64,000 bases of DNA. Source: an uncultured Vicinamibacteraceae bacterium. GTDB lineage: Bacteria; Acidobacteriota; Vicinamibacteria; Vicinamibacterales; UBA8438. The notes under the pieces are model-generated. The model made no database searches, had not been told where the DNA came from, and worked only from the letters and a program-made list of their open reading frames with translations. Of the stretch, positions 46,366 through 54,930 are shown one piece after another. Made by a program: the position numbers and the translations under genes. Numbering within the stretch: position 1 is the first letter of the stretch; each line of letters begins with the position of its first letter. The stretch spans positions 1,071 through 65,070 of the forward strand of contig CAZDQD010000015.1 in NCBI GenBank assembly GCA_964507425.1, read 5' to 3'.

Positions 46366-47459
46366 TGAGGCGTGCACTGCATGTCGTAGTCCCTGGTCCG
46401 TTAGAACAGCGGACAGGTGGTTATCTTTACGATGCCCGGATGGTGGAGGGGTTGCGCGCAGCGGGATGGCAAGTTGTTGTGCACAATCTTGATGGTTTGT
46501 TTCCACGGGGCGACGAAGTCGCCTCTCGGAGTGCTGAATGTGTTTTCACCTCGATTTTAGATGGTAGTGTTGTTCTTATTGACGGACTCGCACTTGTCGC
46601 CTCTGCAAAAGCAGTAGAGCGTCATGCGCAGCGACTGATGTTGTTGGCATTAGTTCATCATCCACTGAGTGATGAAAGGGGGCTGACAACTGACGAATCG
46701 TCTCTGTTTCTCACAAAAGAGACACGGGTGTTACGTTTAATGCGTGGTGTAATTGTCACGAGCCAGTTTACGTCTCGCCGACTGCAGCGCATTGGTCTCG
46801 AACGAAACCGCATTCGAGTCGTCCTCCCCGGAACCGACCCGGTTGTCCAGCGTGCAAACCAGTTGTCCACGGAGCTTCCCAGGTTGCTGGTAGTCGGCTC
46901 GCTTATTCCGAGAAACGGACACGATGTACTGATACGGGCGTTAGGTACGCTCGGGATGGAGTCTTGGCACTGTGTTTGTGCGGGAAGCCTTGATCGTGAC
47001 CGACGCTTTGCCGAGGAGGTAATGACTCAGGCGGGAGAGGCGGGTATAGGTGAACGGGTCGAGTTTGTTGGCGAATGCAACCGTTCTACATTGGAGCAAC
47101 TCTATGCAGGAGCATCAATTTTTGTGCTCCCGTCATACTACGAAGGATATGGCATGGTGCTTGCGGAGGCCTTAGCGTACGGGCTGCCGATTGTGTCAAC
47201 GACGGGGGGCGCGATTCCAGAGACGGTGCCTGCGGGAGCTGGCATTTTAGTGGCACCCGGTGATCACCTGGCACTAGCGAATGCGTTGGGCAGGCTTCTT
47301 GATGGAGAAACAGGCTCAGCGCTTCGAGGGCGCTATGCAAGGACTGCACACGAATACGGGAACAAGCTTCCATCTTGGAATGTGGCTGTTGGGAATTTTG
47401 AGAAATCACTGTTTGAGTTCAAATCGCTAAATGCGAGCATGTCCGGAGATGATCAATGA
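46365..47459 (+). CDS. Glycosyltransferase family 4
   Basis: TGGYLYD, HHPL, FVLPSYYEGYGMVLAEALAYGLPIV (E-x7-E). Confidence 0.88.
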   Translation: MRRALHVVVPGPLEQRTGGYLYDARMVEGLRAAGWQVVVHNLDGLFPRGDEVASRSAECVFTSILDGSVVLIDGLALVASAKAVERHAQRLMLLALVHHPLSDERGLTTDESSLFLTKETRVLRLMRGVIVTSQFTSRRLQRIGLERNRIRVVLPGTDPVVQRANQLSTELPRLLVVGSLIPRNGHDVLIRALGTLGMESWHCVCAGSLDRDRRFAEEVMTQAGEAGIGERVEFVGECNRSTLEQLYAGASIFVLPSYYEGYGMVLAEALAYGLPIVSTTGGAIPETVPAGAGILVAPGDHLALANALGRLLDGETGSALRGRYARTAHEYGNKLPSWNVAVGNFEKSLFEFKSLNASMSGDDQ

Positions 47460-48223
47460 CGTGGATAAGATTTATTCAGGAAAATGTTGAAAAATTTGGT
47501 TCGTTAGAGAGCGGAATTATTACGACGTACTCTGGAGACATGTTTGATTCACCAACTTCTACTGGCGAGACTATTGCAGTCGATGCCGTCCAACTTATTG
47601 CGCCGGTACAACCGGGCAAAATTATTGGTATGGCCAATAACTACCATGCATTAATTCAGAAAGTTGAGGGAACGGTCCCAGAGGAACCACTGTACTTCAT
47701 AAAAGCGAACACCTCGCTACACTCTCATGGGAGACCTATTAGGCGTCCCAGGGCCTATGCCGGAAAAATCATCTTTGAGGGGGAACTTGGACTTGTAATT
47801 GGGCGACGGTGTCACGACGTGGCTGAGTCAGCCGCTTTGGACTATCTGTTTGGTTGCACCTGTGTTAATGATGTCACAGCAATAGGCCTCTTAAAGAAAG
47901 ATCCCAGCTTTCCGCAGTGGACCCGTTCAAAGGCGGCAGATACGTTCGGTGTTATTGGACCTAGTATTGTTACTGGGCTCGATCCGTCGAAACTTCGCGT
48001 GACGACGACACTCAACGATCAGGAGCGACAGAACTACCCGGTCGGCGATATGGTGTTTACACCCGCTGAGCTTATCAGTCGTTTGTCGCATGACATGACT
48101 TTAGAAGCCGGTGACGTTATTGCCTGTGGCACTTCGGTAGGTGTCGGGTCGATGCGCCATGGTGATGTCGTCACTGTACGCATTCAAGGGGTTGGAGCGA
48201 TATCTAATACGTTTGAGGATTAG
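47456..48223 (+). CDS. Fumarylacetoacetate hydrolase family protein
   Basis: KIIGMANNY, FEGELGLVIG, NDVT, RSKAADTF, GDVIACGT. Confidence 0.88.
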   Translation: MTWIRFIQENVEKFGSLESGIITTYSGDMFDSPTSTGETIAVDAVQLIAPVQPGKIIGMANNYHALIQKVEGTVPEEPLYFIKANTSLHSHGRPIRRPRAYAGKIIFEGELGLVIGRRCHDVAESAALDYLFGCTCVNDVTAIGLLKKDPSFPQWTRSKAADTFGVIGPSIVTGLDPSKLRVTTTLNDQERQNYPVGDMVFTPAELISRLSHDMTLEAGDVIACGTSVGVGSMRHGDVVTVRIQGVGAISNTFED

Positions 48224-48233
48224 TGAAGGCGTG

Positions 48234-49067
48234 ATGGTTGAAACCTTTGAGTCCGGCTGGTTGAACTGTCGGGAATCCGTGGATCATCGGTCTCGCTCGA
48301 CGATGTCGGTTGCGATGGTTGTTCGCGCCTGGAGTGAGAGCCACTGGACGCGAGTGCTAGACATCGGTGCTGGTACGGGTTCAAACATGCGGTACTTAGC
48401 TCCTCGCTTACCGAAACCGCAGCGTTGGACACTCGTGGACTCTGACAAAGGTCTGTTAAACGAGGCGGCCGCTGCACCAGCGGGGGATGTGGGCGTCACA
48501 ACGTTAGTTGCTGACGTGTCAGTTTCGGTGCCAGCGCTCATTGAAGAAACTAATCCCGATTTAGTGACGGCATCAGCATTTTTGGATTTGGTCTCTGAAA
48601 AATGGTTGAGGTCTATGGTGAATGCGTGTCGTGCAGGTCGACGAGGAGCGCTGTTCTCTCTGACCTACGATGGTTCGATACAGTGGCATAGCAGTGTAAC
48701 CGACCCAACACCGGCCGAAGATACTGATGATGCGCTGGTTCGCCGTGCAGTCAATAATCATCAACGGAGAAATAAAGGGTTCGGTCCGGCAACGGGCCCG
48801 ATGTCGAGTCTTAAGACAGAGACGGCTTTTCGTGAGGTGGGCTATTCGGTATGGCTTTTTCAGAGTCGGTGGCTTCTCGGTGCGAACGATGGACCGGTTG
48901 TGAGTTACTTGATTGACGGGTGGGCAGCAGCTGCCGTGGAAGAGTGTCCTGGGGAAACTGCTCGGATAACGGCGTGGGCGGACCGTCGTCGAGAGACACT
49001 TGCAAGTGGCGAGTTTGCTGTAAGTGTCGGACATCTTGATCTCGTTGCGCTTCCAGGACCAGTATGA
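48234..49067 (+). CDS. Class I SAM-dependent methyltransferase-like protein
   Basis: VLDIGAGTGSNMRYL, DLVTASAFLDLVS, LTYDG, HQRRNKGFG. Confidence 0.8.
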   Translation: MVETFESGWLNCRESVDHRSRSTMSVAMVVRAWSESHWTRVLDIGAGTGSNMRYLAPRLPKPQRWTLVDSDKGLLNEAAAAPAGDVGVTTLVADVSVSVPALIEETNPDLVTASAFLDLVSEKWLRSMVNACRAGRRGALFSLTYDGSIQWHSSVTDPTPAEDTDDALVRRAVNNHQRRNKGFGPATGPMSSLKTETAFREVGYSVWLFQSRWLLGANDGPVVSYLIDGWAAAAVEECPGETARITAWADRRRETLASGEFAVSVGHLDLVALPGPV

Positions 49068-49975
49068 AATTAGGTCCGATATCTTGGTGGCGCGTTGCTG
49101 TGAGTGTGGCTCTGTTGGGCGGACTCGGATATTGGCTTGATGGACGCACTATCCTAGGACGACTGGCCCAGCTGAAGCTTGGTTGGGTCGCCGCGGCTAT
49201 CGTGTTATCAGTTTTCCAAGTCACTTTGTCCGCGTGGCGATGGCGTTTTACCGCAGCACGGCTTGGTCTAGTGCTGCCGCTGCGTAGGGCGATCCGAGAG
49301 TACTACCTTGGTATATTCATTAACCAATTGTTACCAGGCGGTGTCGTCGGTGATGTTTCTCGTGCGTGGCGTCACAGCAAGACCGACCGCATGGGGCCCG
49401 CGATCAAAGGCGTAATTTTAGAACGGGCCTCCGGGCAGATTGTGATGACGGTCGTTGCATTGTGTTCGTGTCTCGCACTTCCGGATGAGGTCCGTCGAAC
49501 GCTACTATCTGCGTTGGGCTCAGTCGCAGCATTGGTTGTTGCTCTGGCTGTTGCCGTAGTTGTCTTTTTTCAACGGATTCGTCCTTCGCGTCCTGTAATC
49601 AAGGCGTGGTTTGACGATATTGCTTCAACTCTGTTGTTGAAGAAGGCCTTGGTTGTTCAGCTCAGTGTGTCATTACTGATTGTGAGCAGTTACCTCGCAG
49701 TGTTTGTTATGGCAGCGCGCGGGCTAGGCGTAATCACACCAGCGACCGTTTTGCTTCCACTTATCGGACCGGTATTAGTGACGATGTTGATTCCAGTAAC
49801 GATTGCCGGATGGGGAGTGCGTGAAGGAGCGGCGGCGCTTCTGTGGGCCGCGGTTGGTCTTTCTGCTGCCGATGGTGTGGCGATTTCTGCAGCCTATGGG
49901 TTGATTGTGTTGGTGTCGAGCTTGCCTGGTGCGGTTGTGCTGGTTTCGTTGCTCCAGTCGGAACGGCGCCTTTAG
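49064..49975 (+). CDS. Lysylphosphatidylglycerol-synthase TM domain (flippase-like, UPF0104) protein
   Basis: AWRWR, INQLLPGGVVGDVSR, LERASG, PVTIAGWGVREG; multiple TM segments. Confidence 0.85.
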   Translation: MKLGPISWWRVAVSVALLGGLGYWLDGRTILGRLAQLKLGWVAAAIVLSVFQVTLSAWRWRFTAARLGLVLPLRRAIREYYLGIFINQLLPGGVVGDVSRAWRHSKTDRMGPAIKGVILERASGQIVMTVVALCSCLALPDEVRRTLLSALGSVAALVVALAVAVVVFFQRIRPSRPVIKAWFDDIASTLLLKKALVVQLSVSLLIVSSYLAVFVMAARGLGVITPATVLLPLIGPVLVTMLIPVTIAGWGVREGAAALLWAAVGLSAADGVAISAAYGLIVLVSSLPGAVVLVSLLQSERRL

Positions 49976-50847
49976 TCTTTATTCGTGGGCGTTAGGGATA
50001 GGTCAAATAAGACGTCTTTATCGAGGTGGAATATTCTACATGGTGGCTGGAGAGCTTGAGTAAGTGAGGTGATGGGAGTCAGATTGAATGCGGACGTTCC
50101 CGAACCGATCAACATCGGGGCCACAGATACGTGAAGTCGGTCGAGAGCACCGCTATCGATAAAATGAGAAATTGTCGTGCCGCCTCCCTCGATGAGTACC
50201 CGCCTGAGACCACGTTTACGGAGGGCGCGTAAGATATCTCCAGGCGCGAGTCGGCCGGATGAATTGGGTTTGCAGACGATCGTGTTGCTGTTGGCGGGTT
50301 CGTTCTCGGATTCTAATGTGCCTCCTACAACGAGCAAGGTTGCAGCGGCTCCGTCTGTGAATATCCGTCGGTCTCGCTTAAGTCGCGTGTTTGGGTCGAT
50401 AACTACACGGGTTGGGTTCTGTCCTTCGACTTCTCGAACGGTGAGTTGCGGGTCATCAAGCTCCACAGTTCGCGCGCCCACGATCACGGCGTCTACGAGT
50501 GTACGAAGCCTGTGTACCCGTCTTATATCGCTGGGGCCTGTAATATAGTGAGAGTGGCCGTTAGGCGTAGCAATGCGACCATCGAGGCTTTGTCCAAGTT
50601 GCGCGATGGTGAGGGACGCCCCGGTCGTAAGAGGTGCGTACAGGTTCAAGAGTTCCCGAGCGGAATGTGTCGGTTGAGAGGAGCTTTTCCAATCGCCTGA
50701 GGGGAAAACTTGCAACCAGGTATCGGGATTGCGATCATGGTGTACGACCGGTGCAGTGTTTTGCGCAAGAGTGGGCGCTTTAAGAACTTGTCGTAGAAGT
50801 GCCCAAGCTACTGCGTCGGTGATGAGAGCATTGTTGGTAAGGGCCAT
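49972..50847 (-). CDS. RibD C-terminal (pyrimidine reductase) domain protein, no deaminase domain
   Basis: QLGQSLDGRIAT, HRLR, DAVIVGARTV, DDPQLTVR, LIEGGG. Confidence 0.85.
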   Translation of the reverse strand: MALTNNALITDAVAWALLRQVLKAPTLAQNTAPVVHHDRNPDTWLQVFPSGDWKSSSQPTHSARELLNLYAPLTTGASLTIAQLGQSLDGRIATPNGHSHYITGPSDIRRVHRLRTLVDAVIVGARTVELDDPQLTVREVEGQNPTRVVIDPNTRLKRDRRIFTDGAAATLLVVGGTLESENEPANSNTIVCKPNSSGRLAPGDILRALRKRGLRRVLIEGGGTTISHFIDSGALDRLHVSVAPMLIGSGTSAFNLTPITSLTQALQPPCRIFHLDKDVLFDLSLTPTNKD

Positions 50848-50893
50848 TGTTGCCTATAACAGTAGCAACGTTGGCAGTAAGACGGAACAAGAT

Positions 50894-52006
50894 ATGTACA
50901 ACGTTGAACGTAGCCTTTTTGATCTTCGACAGGGGAGACCTGTGTATATCGTTGGCCCAGATCGTTCTGGAGCACTAGTAGCGAGTGTCGATGGGTTAGA
51001 GGGCACGGCTTTAAAGACGTTACGTGGAGTTGGCGCGCTCCGGCTTACCGTGACCAGCCACAGAGCGAAATCGATGGGGTTATCGATTTTAGTTAACGAT
51101 AAGACCAAGGGTTTGAGCTTGTGTCTTAATGGAGAGGGGCCAGAACAGATATTTAAACTCGCGAGTGCGAGTGGCGTAGATGGAACGAAACATGATGCGC
51201 ATCCGGCGTCCGATGCTGAATTTGCTGGGCTCAGACTTGCGAGACTGGGTCGACTGCTACCTGCCGTTGTCGGGGCTTCAGTTAATTACGTTCATTCGGA
51301 GTCCATCGTGGACACTCTCAATCGAGCGGGCACGTTGTCCGTAACCACTGCGCAAGTAGATGAAATGGTAGCGGACACAGGTGTTCGTATAACCCATATC
51401 AGCGAGGGCGTGGTTCCCCTGGCGCACGCGGAGGAAGCACGGTTTATCGCGTTTCGTGAGACGAGTGGTTTGTTGGAACATGTCGCAGTCTTGATTGGAA
51501 GTGAGTCTACATGGCCGGACCCAGTTCCCGTACGAATACATTCTGCGTGTCTGACAGGTGATTTATTCGGCAGCCTTCGTTGTGACTGTGGTGAACAACT
51601 ACGAGGTAGTCTGCGGCTCTTTCAGGAACGTGGAGGCGGTGTGTTGCTTTACATGTCGCAAGAAGGACGTGACATTGGTCTAGGCAATAAGTTGCGAGCG
51701 TACGCTTTGCAGGAGGAAGGGTTCGATACAGTAGACGCTGATGGAACGCTCGGGTTTGGTGCTGATGAACGCAGCTATGGTGCCGCAGTTGAGATGTTGA
51801 AGAATCTTGGGATCAAACGCGTCGAGCTGGTTACCAACAATCCGGAAAAAGTTCGTGCTGTAAAAGAGGCTGGAATTGATGTTGTGGAGCGACGCCCGAT
51901 GTACGGCACCCTTAATCGTCACAACCTACCGTACGTTAGAGCAAAGGTTCGACGAGCTGGGCATTGGTTGGAAGACATGCTCGCGGGAAAAACAGAGGAA
52001 CGATAG
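50894..52006 (+). CDS. ribA: GTP cyclohydrolase II with degenerate RibB-like N-terminal region
   Basis: RIHSACLTGDLFGSLRCDCG (three Zn Cys), QEGRDIGLGNKLRAY, DERSY, TNNPEK. Confidence 0.88.
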   Translation: MYNVERSLFDLRQGRPVYIVGPDRSGALVASVDGLEGTALKTLRGVGALRLTVTSHRAKSMGLSILVNDKTKGLSLCLNGEGPEQIFKLASASGVDGTKHDAHPASDAEFAGLRLARLGRLLPAVVGASVNYVHSESIVDTLNRAGTLSVTTAQVDEMVADTGVRITHISEGVVPLAHAEEARFIAFRETSGLLEHVAVLIGSESTWPDPVPVRIHSACLTGDLFGSLRCDCGEQLRGSLRLFQERGGGVLLYMSQEGRDIGLGNKLRAYALQEEGFDTVDADGTLGFGADERSYGAAVEMLKNLGIKRVELVTNNPEKVRAVKEAGIDVVERRPMYGTLNRHNLPYVRAKVRRAGHWLEDMLAGKTEER

Positions 52007-52008
52007 TT

Positions 52009-52794
52009 CTACGATTTGAGCAGTTGGCCAATGGGAAACCTATGGGCGTCGCGAATTACGGTTGCTAAGAAGCGACCGTAATAGGATGTTAGCTGTCTCC
52101 CCAGCTCGACATCGGCAAGTGTTGCGTCGCCGATGGCTCCGCTTCTGTTGAGGTCCCCGGATAACCATGCGAAGGCCGCTGGGCCAGTCGGACTAATAAG
52201 AAACCCTGCTTCTTCAAGTTGTTCCCCAAATGATGTGAAATTCTGAAGGCGTTTAAGTTGCACCGCGTTTGGGCAAAGGTGCAACATCAGTGCAGTTTCT
52301 ACTGCGCCACCGTGTATGCCGTGAAGCCACTCGTGTGCTGGAAGTGTGATGTCCTGTGGTACAGGGAACTCGTAGTAGTGTGCTTTAACGACAAGTAGAT
52401 TCTGTTCTAGGCGTAATTTGAGCGCTGCCGTATCGACCGCTGCGTGATTCCCGCCATGACTGTTGCTGATCACCAGTCGCCTTACGCCTGTTTGGGCGAC
52501 TTTGGATCCGAGTTGGTAAATGGTTTCAACCATTTCGTCTGCACTCACAGTCTTGGTGCCATCGAATCGTGAGTGTTCGAGGCTTACACCGACTGATTGC
52601 ATCGGTAGAGACCAAACTGGAAAGTCTGGTTGGAGCACTTTAAATGCCTCGTTGAGTAAGCCATGTCCAATCTCAACATCCGTTGTAAACGGTAGGTGGG
52701 GGCCGTGTTGTTCGGTCGCAGCAACTGGAAGGATGACGACAGGGTCGCCGGTAAGGTCAGCAAAGTTCCAATATCGGATTGCGTCGTGTGACAT
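52009..52794 (-). CDS. Creatininase/ArfB-family amidohydrolase
   Basis: EQHGPHLPFTTD, NSHGGN, HGGAVET metal ligands. Confidence 0.88.
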   Translation of the reverse strand: MSHDAIRYWNFADLTGDPVVILPVAATEQHGPHLPFTTDVEIGHGLLNEAFKVLQPDFPVWSLPMQSVGVSLEHSRFDGTKTVSADEMVETIYQLGSKVAQTGVRRLVISNSHGGNHAAVDTAALKLRLEQNLLVVKAHYYEFPVPQDITLPAHEWLHGIHGGAVETALMLHLCPNAVQLKRLQNFTSFGEQLEEAGFLISPTGPAAFAWLSGDLNRSGAIGDATLADVELGRQLTSYYGRFLATVIRDAHRFPIGQLLKS

Positions 52795-52801
52795 GCGTCA
52801 C

Positions 52802-53647
52802 TCATTTCGTTCGACGAAAGAAGGTGAGATCGTAACCGATCCAGCCATTCTGTAGGCACGTGTGTAGCGCACTTCCGCCCAGCAAATGACCGATTGTATT
52901 ATCGAGCGGAAGCCAGCTCACCAATGCTGTAAGAACAGCTAGAAGTCTGTCTCGTGGGCGGCCGAGTCTAAGGTAAGGGGTCAGGTCGTAAGTTGAGTCA
53001 TGTTGGAATCCAGTGGATTTCGCAAGTGCGATCAGTTCGGTTTGAGTTAATAGCGTGTGTACCCGCCAGCCGCGGCTGAATTGCCTGATCCTCTTTTTCG
53101 CGCGTGGCGACACATCATTCCTGAGCATGTCGTCGCATATTGCAAGAATTCCGCCTGGTCGAATACGTGTTGCACAATGGGAAAAGAATTTCGAAGGGTC
53201 GTCAGTGTGGGCGAAGGATTCGATGGCGTATGCCATATCGATAGGAGGAATCTGAAGATTTGAGTCGAGGTAGTCGCCTTGAATGCAAGTAACTTGATTT
53301 TGAAGCTGGGAGTCATAAATATGTTTCTTCGCTAGCTGGACTTGAACTGGACTGAGCGTTATCCCAACGCCCTGTACAGGTAGTCGCTGTGTCAGATAAC
53401 AGAGACTTCCAGCAATTCCGCAACCAAGATCTAAAATGGTTTGGTTAGGGGTGGTTTGTACGAGAGTTCGAAATGCTTCAGCTAGACGGTCCTCGACAAA
53501 GAAAAAAGCTTGCTTGCGTGTATTGACCCCTGGTCCCCACACGGCGCGGTGAATGGTGCCAGACCCGCGGCCTTCACCGTAAGCCATGAACTGTTTAGTG
53601 TGTCTGTCGTAGTAACTCTGAACGTCGTGTTCGTTCGACTTCAACAT
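52802..53647 (-). CDS. Class I SAM-dependent methyltransferase (sterol/tocopherol-MT-like)
   Basis: SYYD, IHRAVW, ILDLGCGIAG, GITLSPVQ, AIESFAH. Confidence 0.8.
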   Translation of the reverse strand: MLKSNEHDVQSYYDRHTKQFMAYGEGRGSGTIHRAVWGPGVNTRKQAFFFVEDRLAEAFRTLVQTTPNQTILDLGCGIAGSLCYLTQRLPVQGVGITLSPVQVQLAKKHIYDSQLQNQVTCIQGDYLDSNLQIPPIDMAYAIESFAHTDDPSKFFSHCATRIRPGGILAICDDMLRNDVSPRAKKRIRQFSRGWRVHTLLTQTELIALAKSTGFQHDSTYDLTPYLRLGRPRDRLLAVLTALVSWLPLDNTIGHLLGGSALHTCLQNGWIGYDLTFFRRTK

Positions 53648-53655
53648 GTTTCTCG

Positions 53656-54432
53656 CTACTTTATTAGTTGGGCGTATACATCGCCGGAACGGCTTTTCGC
53701 TTCCGATGAATTAAGGGCTGCTAATAGTTGTGAATCCGTGAGCCATGTTTTTTCGGCCAACGTAAATGTTTCAGCTTTTGACCAGTTGAATTGATACGGA
53801 CCGAGGGTATTAAGACGAGTGATGCACTTCTTGGTCTCATCTACACAGCTTGGTAGATATTCAATTGATACTGTTTGGATTGGGTGACTTAAACCTGAGA
53901 GTATCGTTAGTTCTGAACCTTCAACATCGATCTTGACGAAGGATGGAGTGCCGTACTGTTCAATGAGTCGGTCAAGAGTCGTGGCTCTTACGGAAATCGA
54001 AGAATCCCATCGGATGCCCTTGAATAATGGGTCGCGTTCCCTGTCTTCTCGCCATCCACGTTTCGTTGTCGTTAAAGTTGGATGTCTTTCGCTGATGGCT
54101 AGTTGTACTTGTTCGCTAGTGTCTGATACTGCCGCCTCAACCACATCGACCTGTCTGTTCTTTCTGTAGAGCAGGCGGAGTGTGTCTGCGCAAGCCGGCT
54201 GTGGGTCTATCGCTACGACGTGGCAGCCAAGTGATACAAGTGCTCGCGTATGGTTCCCGACGTGGGCGCCAAGGTCAAAGACGAGGTCACCAGAGTTGAC
54301 AAATTTCCGATAGAGGCGGCGTAATCGTATTTGTCGACCTGGAACTGTGTGGTAAATGAGTAACGATCGGATGAGGCCCAGAGTTCGCTGAAAATGACTC
54401 ATAACGCTGTAGTCTATTTTGCTGTGGAACAC
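53656..54432 (-). CDS. FkbM family methyltransferase
   Basis: VFDLGAHVGN, TTLDRLIEQYGTPSFVKIDVEGSE. Confidence 0.85.
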   Translation of the reverse strand: MFHSKIDYSVMSHFQRTLGLIRSLLIYHTVPGRQIRLRRLYRKFVNSGDLVFDLGAHVGNHTRALVSLGCHVVAIDPQPACADTLRLLYRKNRQVDVVEAAVSDTSEQVQLAISERHPTLTTTKRGWREDRERDPLFKGIRWDSSISVRATTLDRLIEQYGTPSFVKIDVEGSELTILSGLSHPIQTVSIEYLPSCVDETKKCITRLNTLGPYQFNWSKAETFTLAEKTWLTDSQLLAALNSSEAKSRSGDVYAQLIK

Positions 54433-54476
54433 TGATCGTTAACAATGGGGGAACCTATATTGACGAGGAAAAACCG

Positions 54477-54920
54477 ATGATGACGGGAACTCCGGCTGCG
54501 GCCGTCGTGGGATTACGGGTGCTCACCTTATTTATGGGAATATTCTTGTTACTCATGGGGATGAATAAACTCTCATGGCTTAACGACAGTAGTGAACTGG
54601 TGTGGCAGTTAGAGCAATGGCAGGAACTTACTAGTGGGTTGAGCCGGCGTTACATTGATGCTGTAGCGCTTCCGGGTGCTTTTGTGTTTGCACGTCTTGT
54701 TCCACTTGGTGAGTTGGCAGCGGGTGTGGCTCTAATGATTGGTTTTCGCGTTCGACTTGTGGCGTTCGTGACAATGCTCATGGTCTGCAATTTTCACTTC
54801 GCTAGCGGCATTGTTTTTACGACTGGCTATCTCACTAATGGCTATGGCCCTCCCGTTATTGGAGCTCTTCTAGCGCTCGCGTTCGGTGGACGCCACCTGC
54901 CGTGGAGTCTACGAGGATAA
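54477..54920 (+). CDS. DoxX-family membrane protein
   Basis: Four hydrophobic segments; LRVL...G..K, GELAAGVALMIG. Confidence 0.7.
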   Translation: MMTGTPAAAVVGLRVLTLFMGIFLLLMGMNKLSWLNDSSELVWQLEQWQELTSGLSRRYIDAVALPGAFVFARLVPLGELAAGVALMIGFRVRLVAFVTMLMVCNFHFASGIVFTTGYLTNGYGPPVIGALLALAFGGRHLPWSLRG

Positions 54921-54930
54921 GTCTTCGGCG

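Noticed and set aside
49972-52006. Ordinary riboflavin operon or toxoflavin cluster
   Set aside because: No ribE/ribH, deaminase domain or FMN riboswitch; no toxC/toxD homologs
46365-52794. Mycofactocin system (creatininase + glycosyltransferase)
   Set aside because: No MftA peptide, MftB or radical-SAM MftC; the context is GTP cyclohydrolase/PTPS
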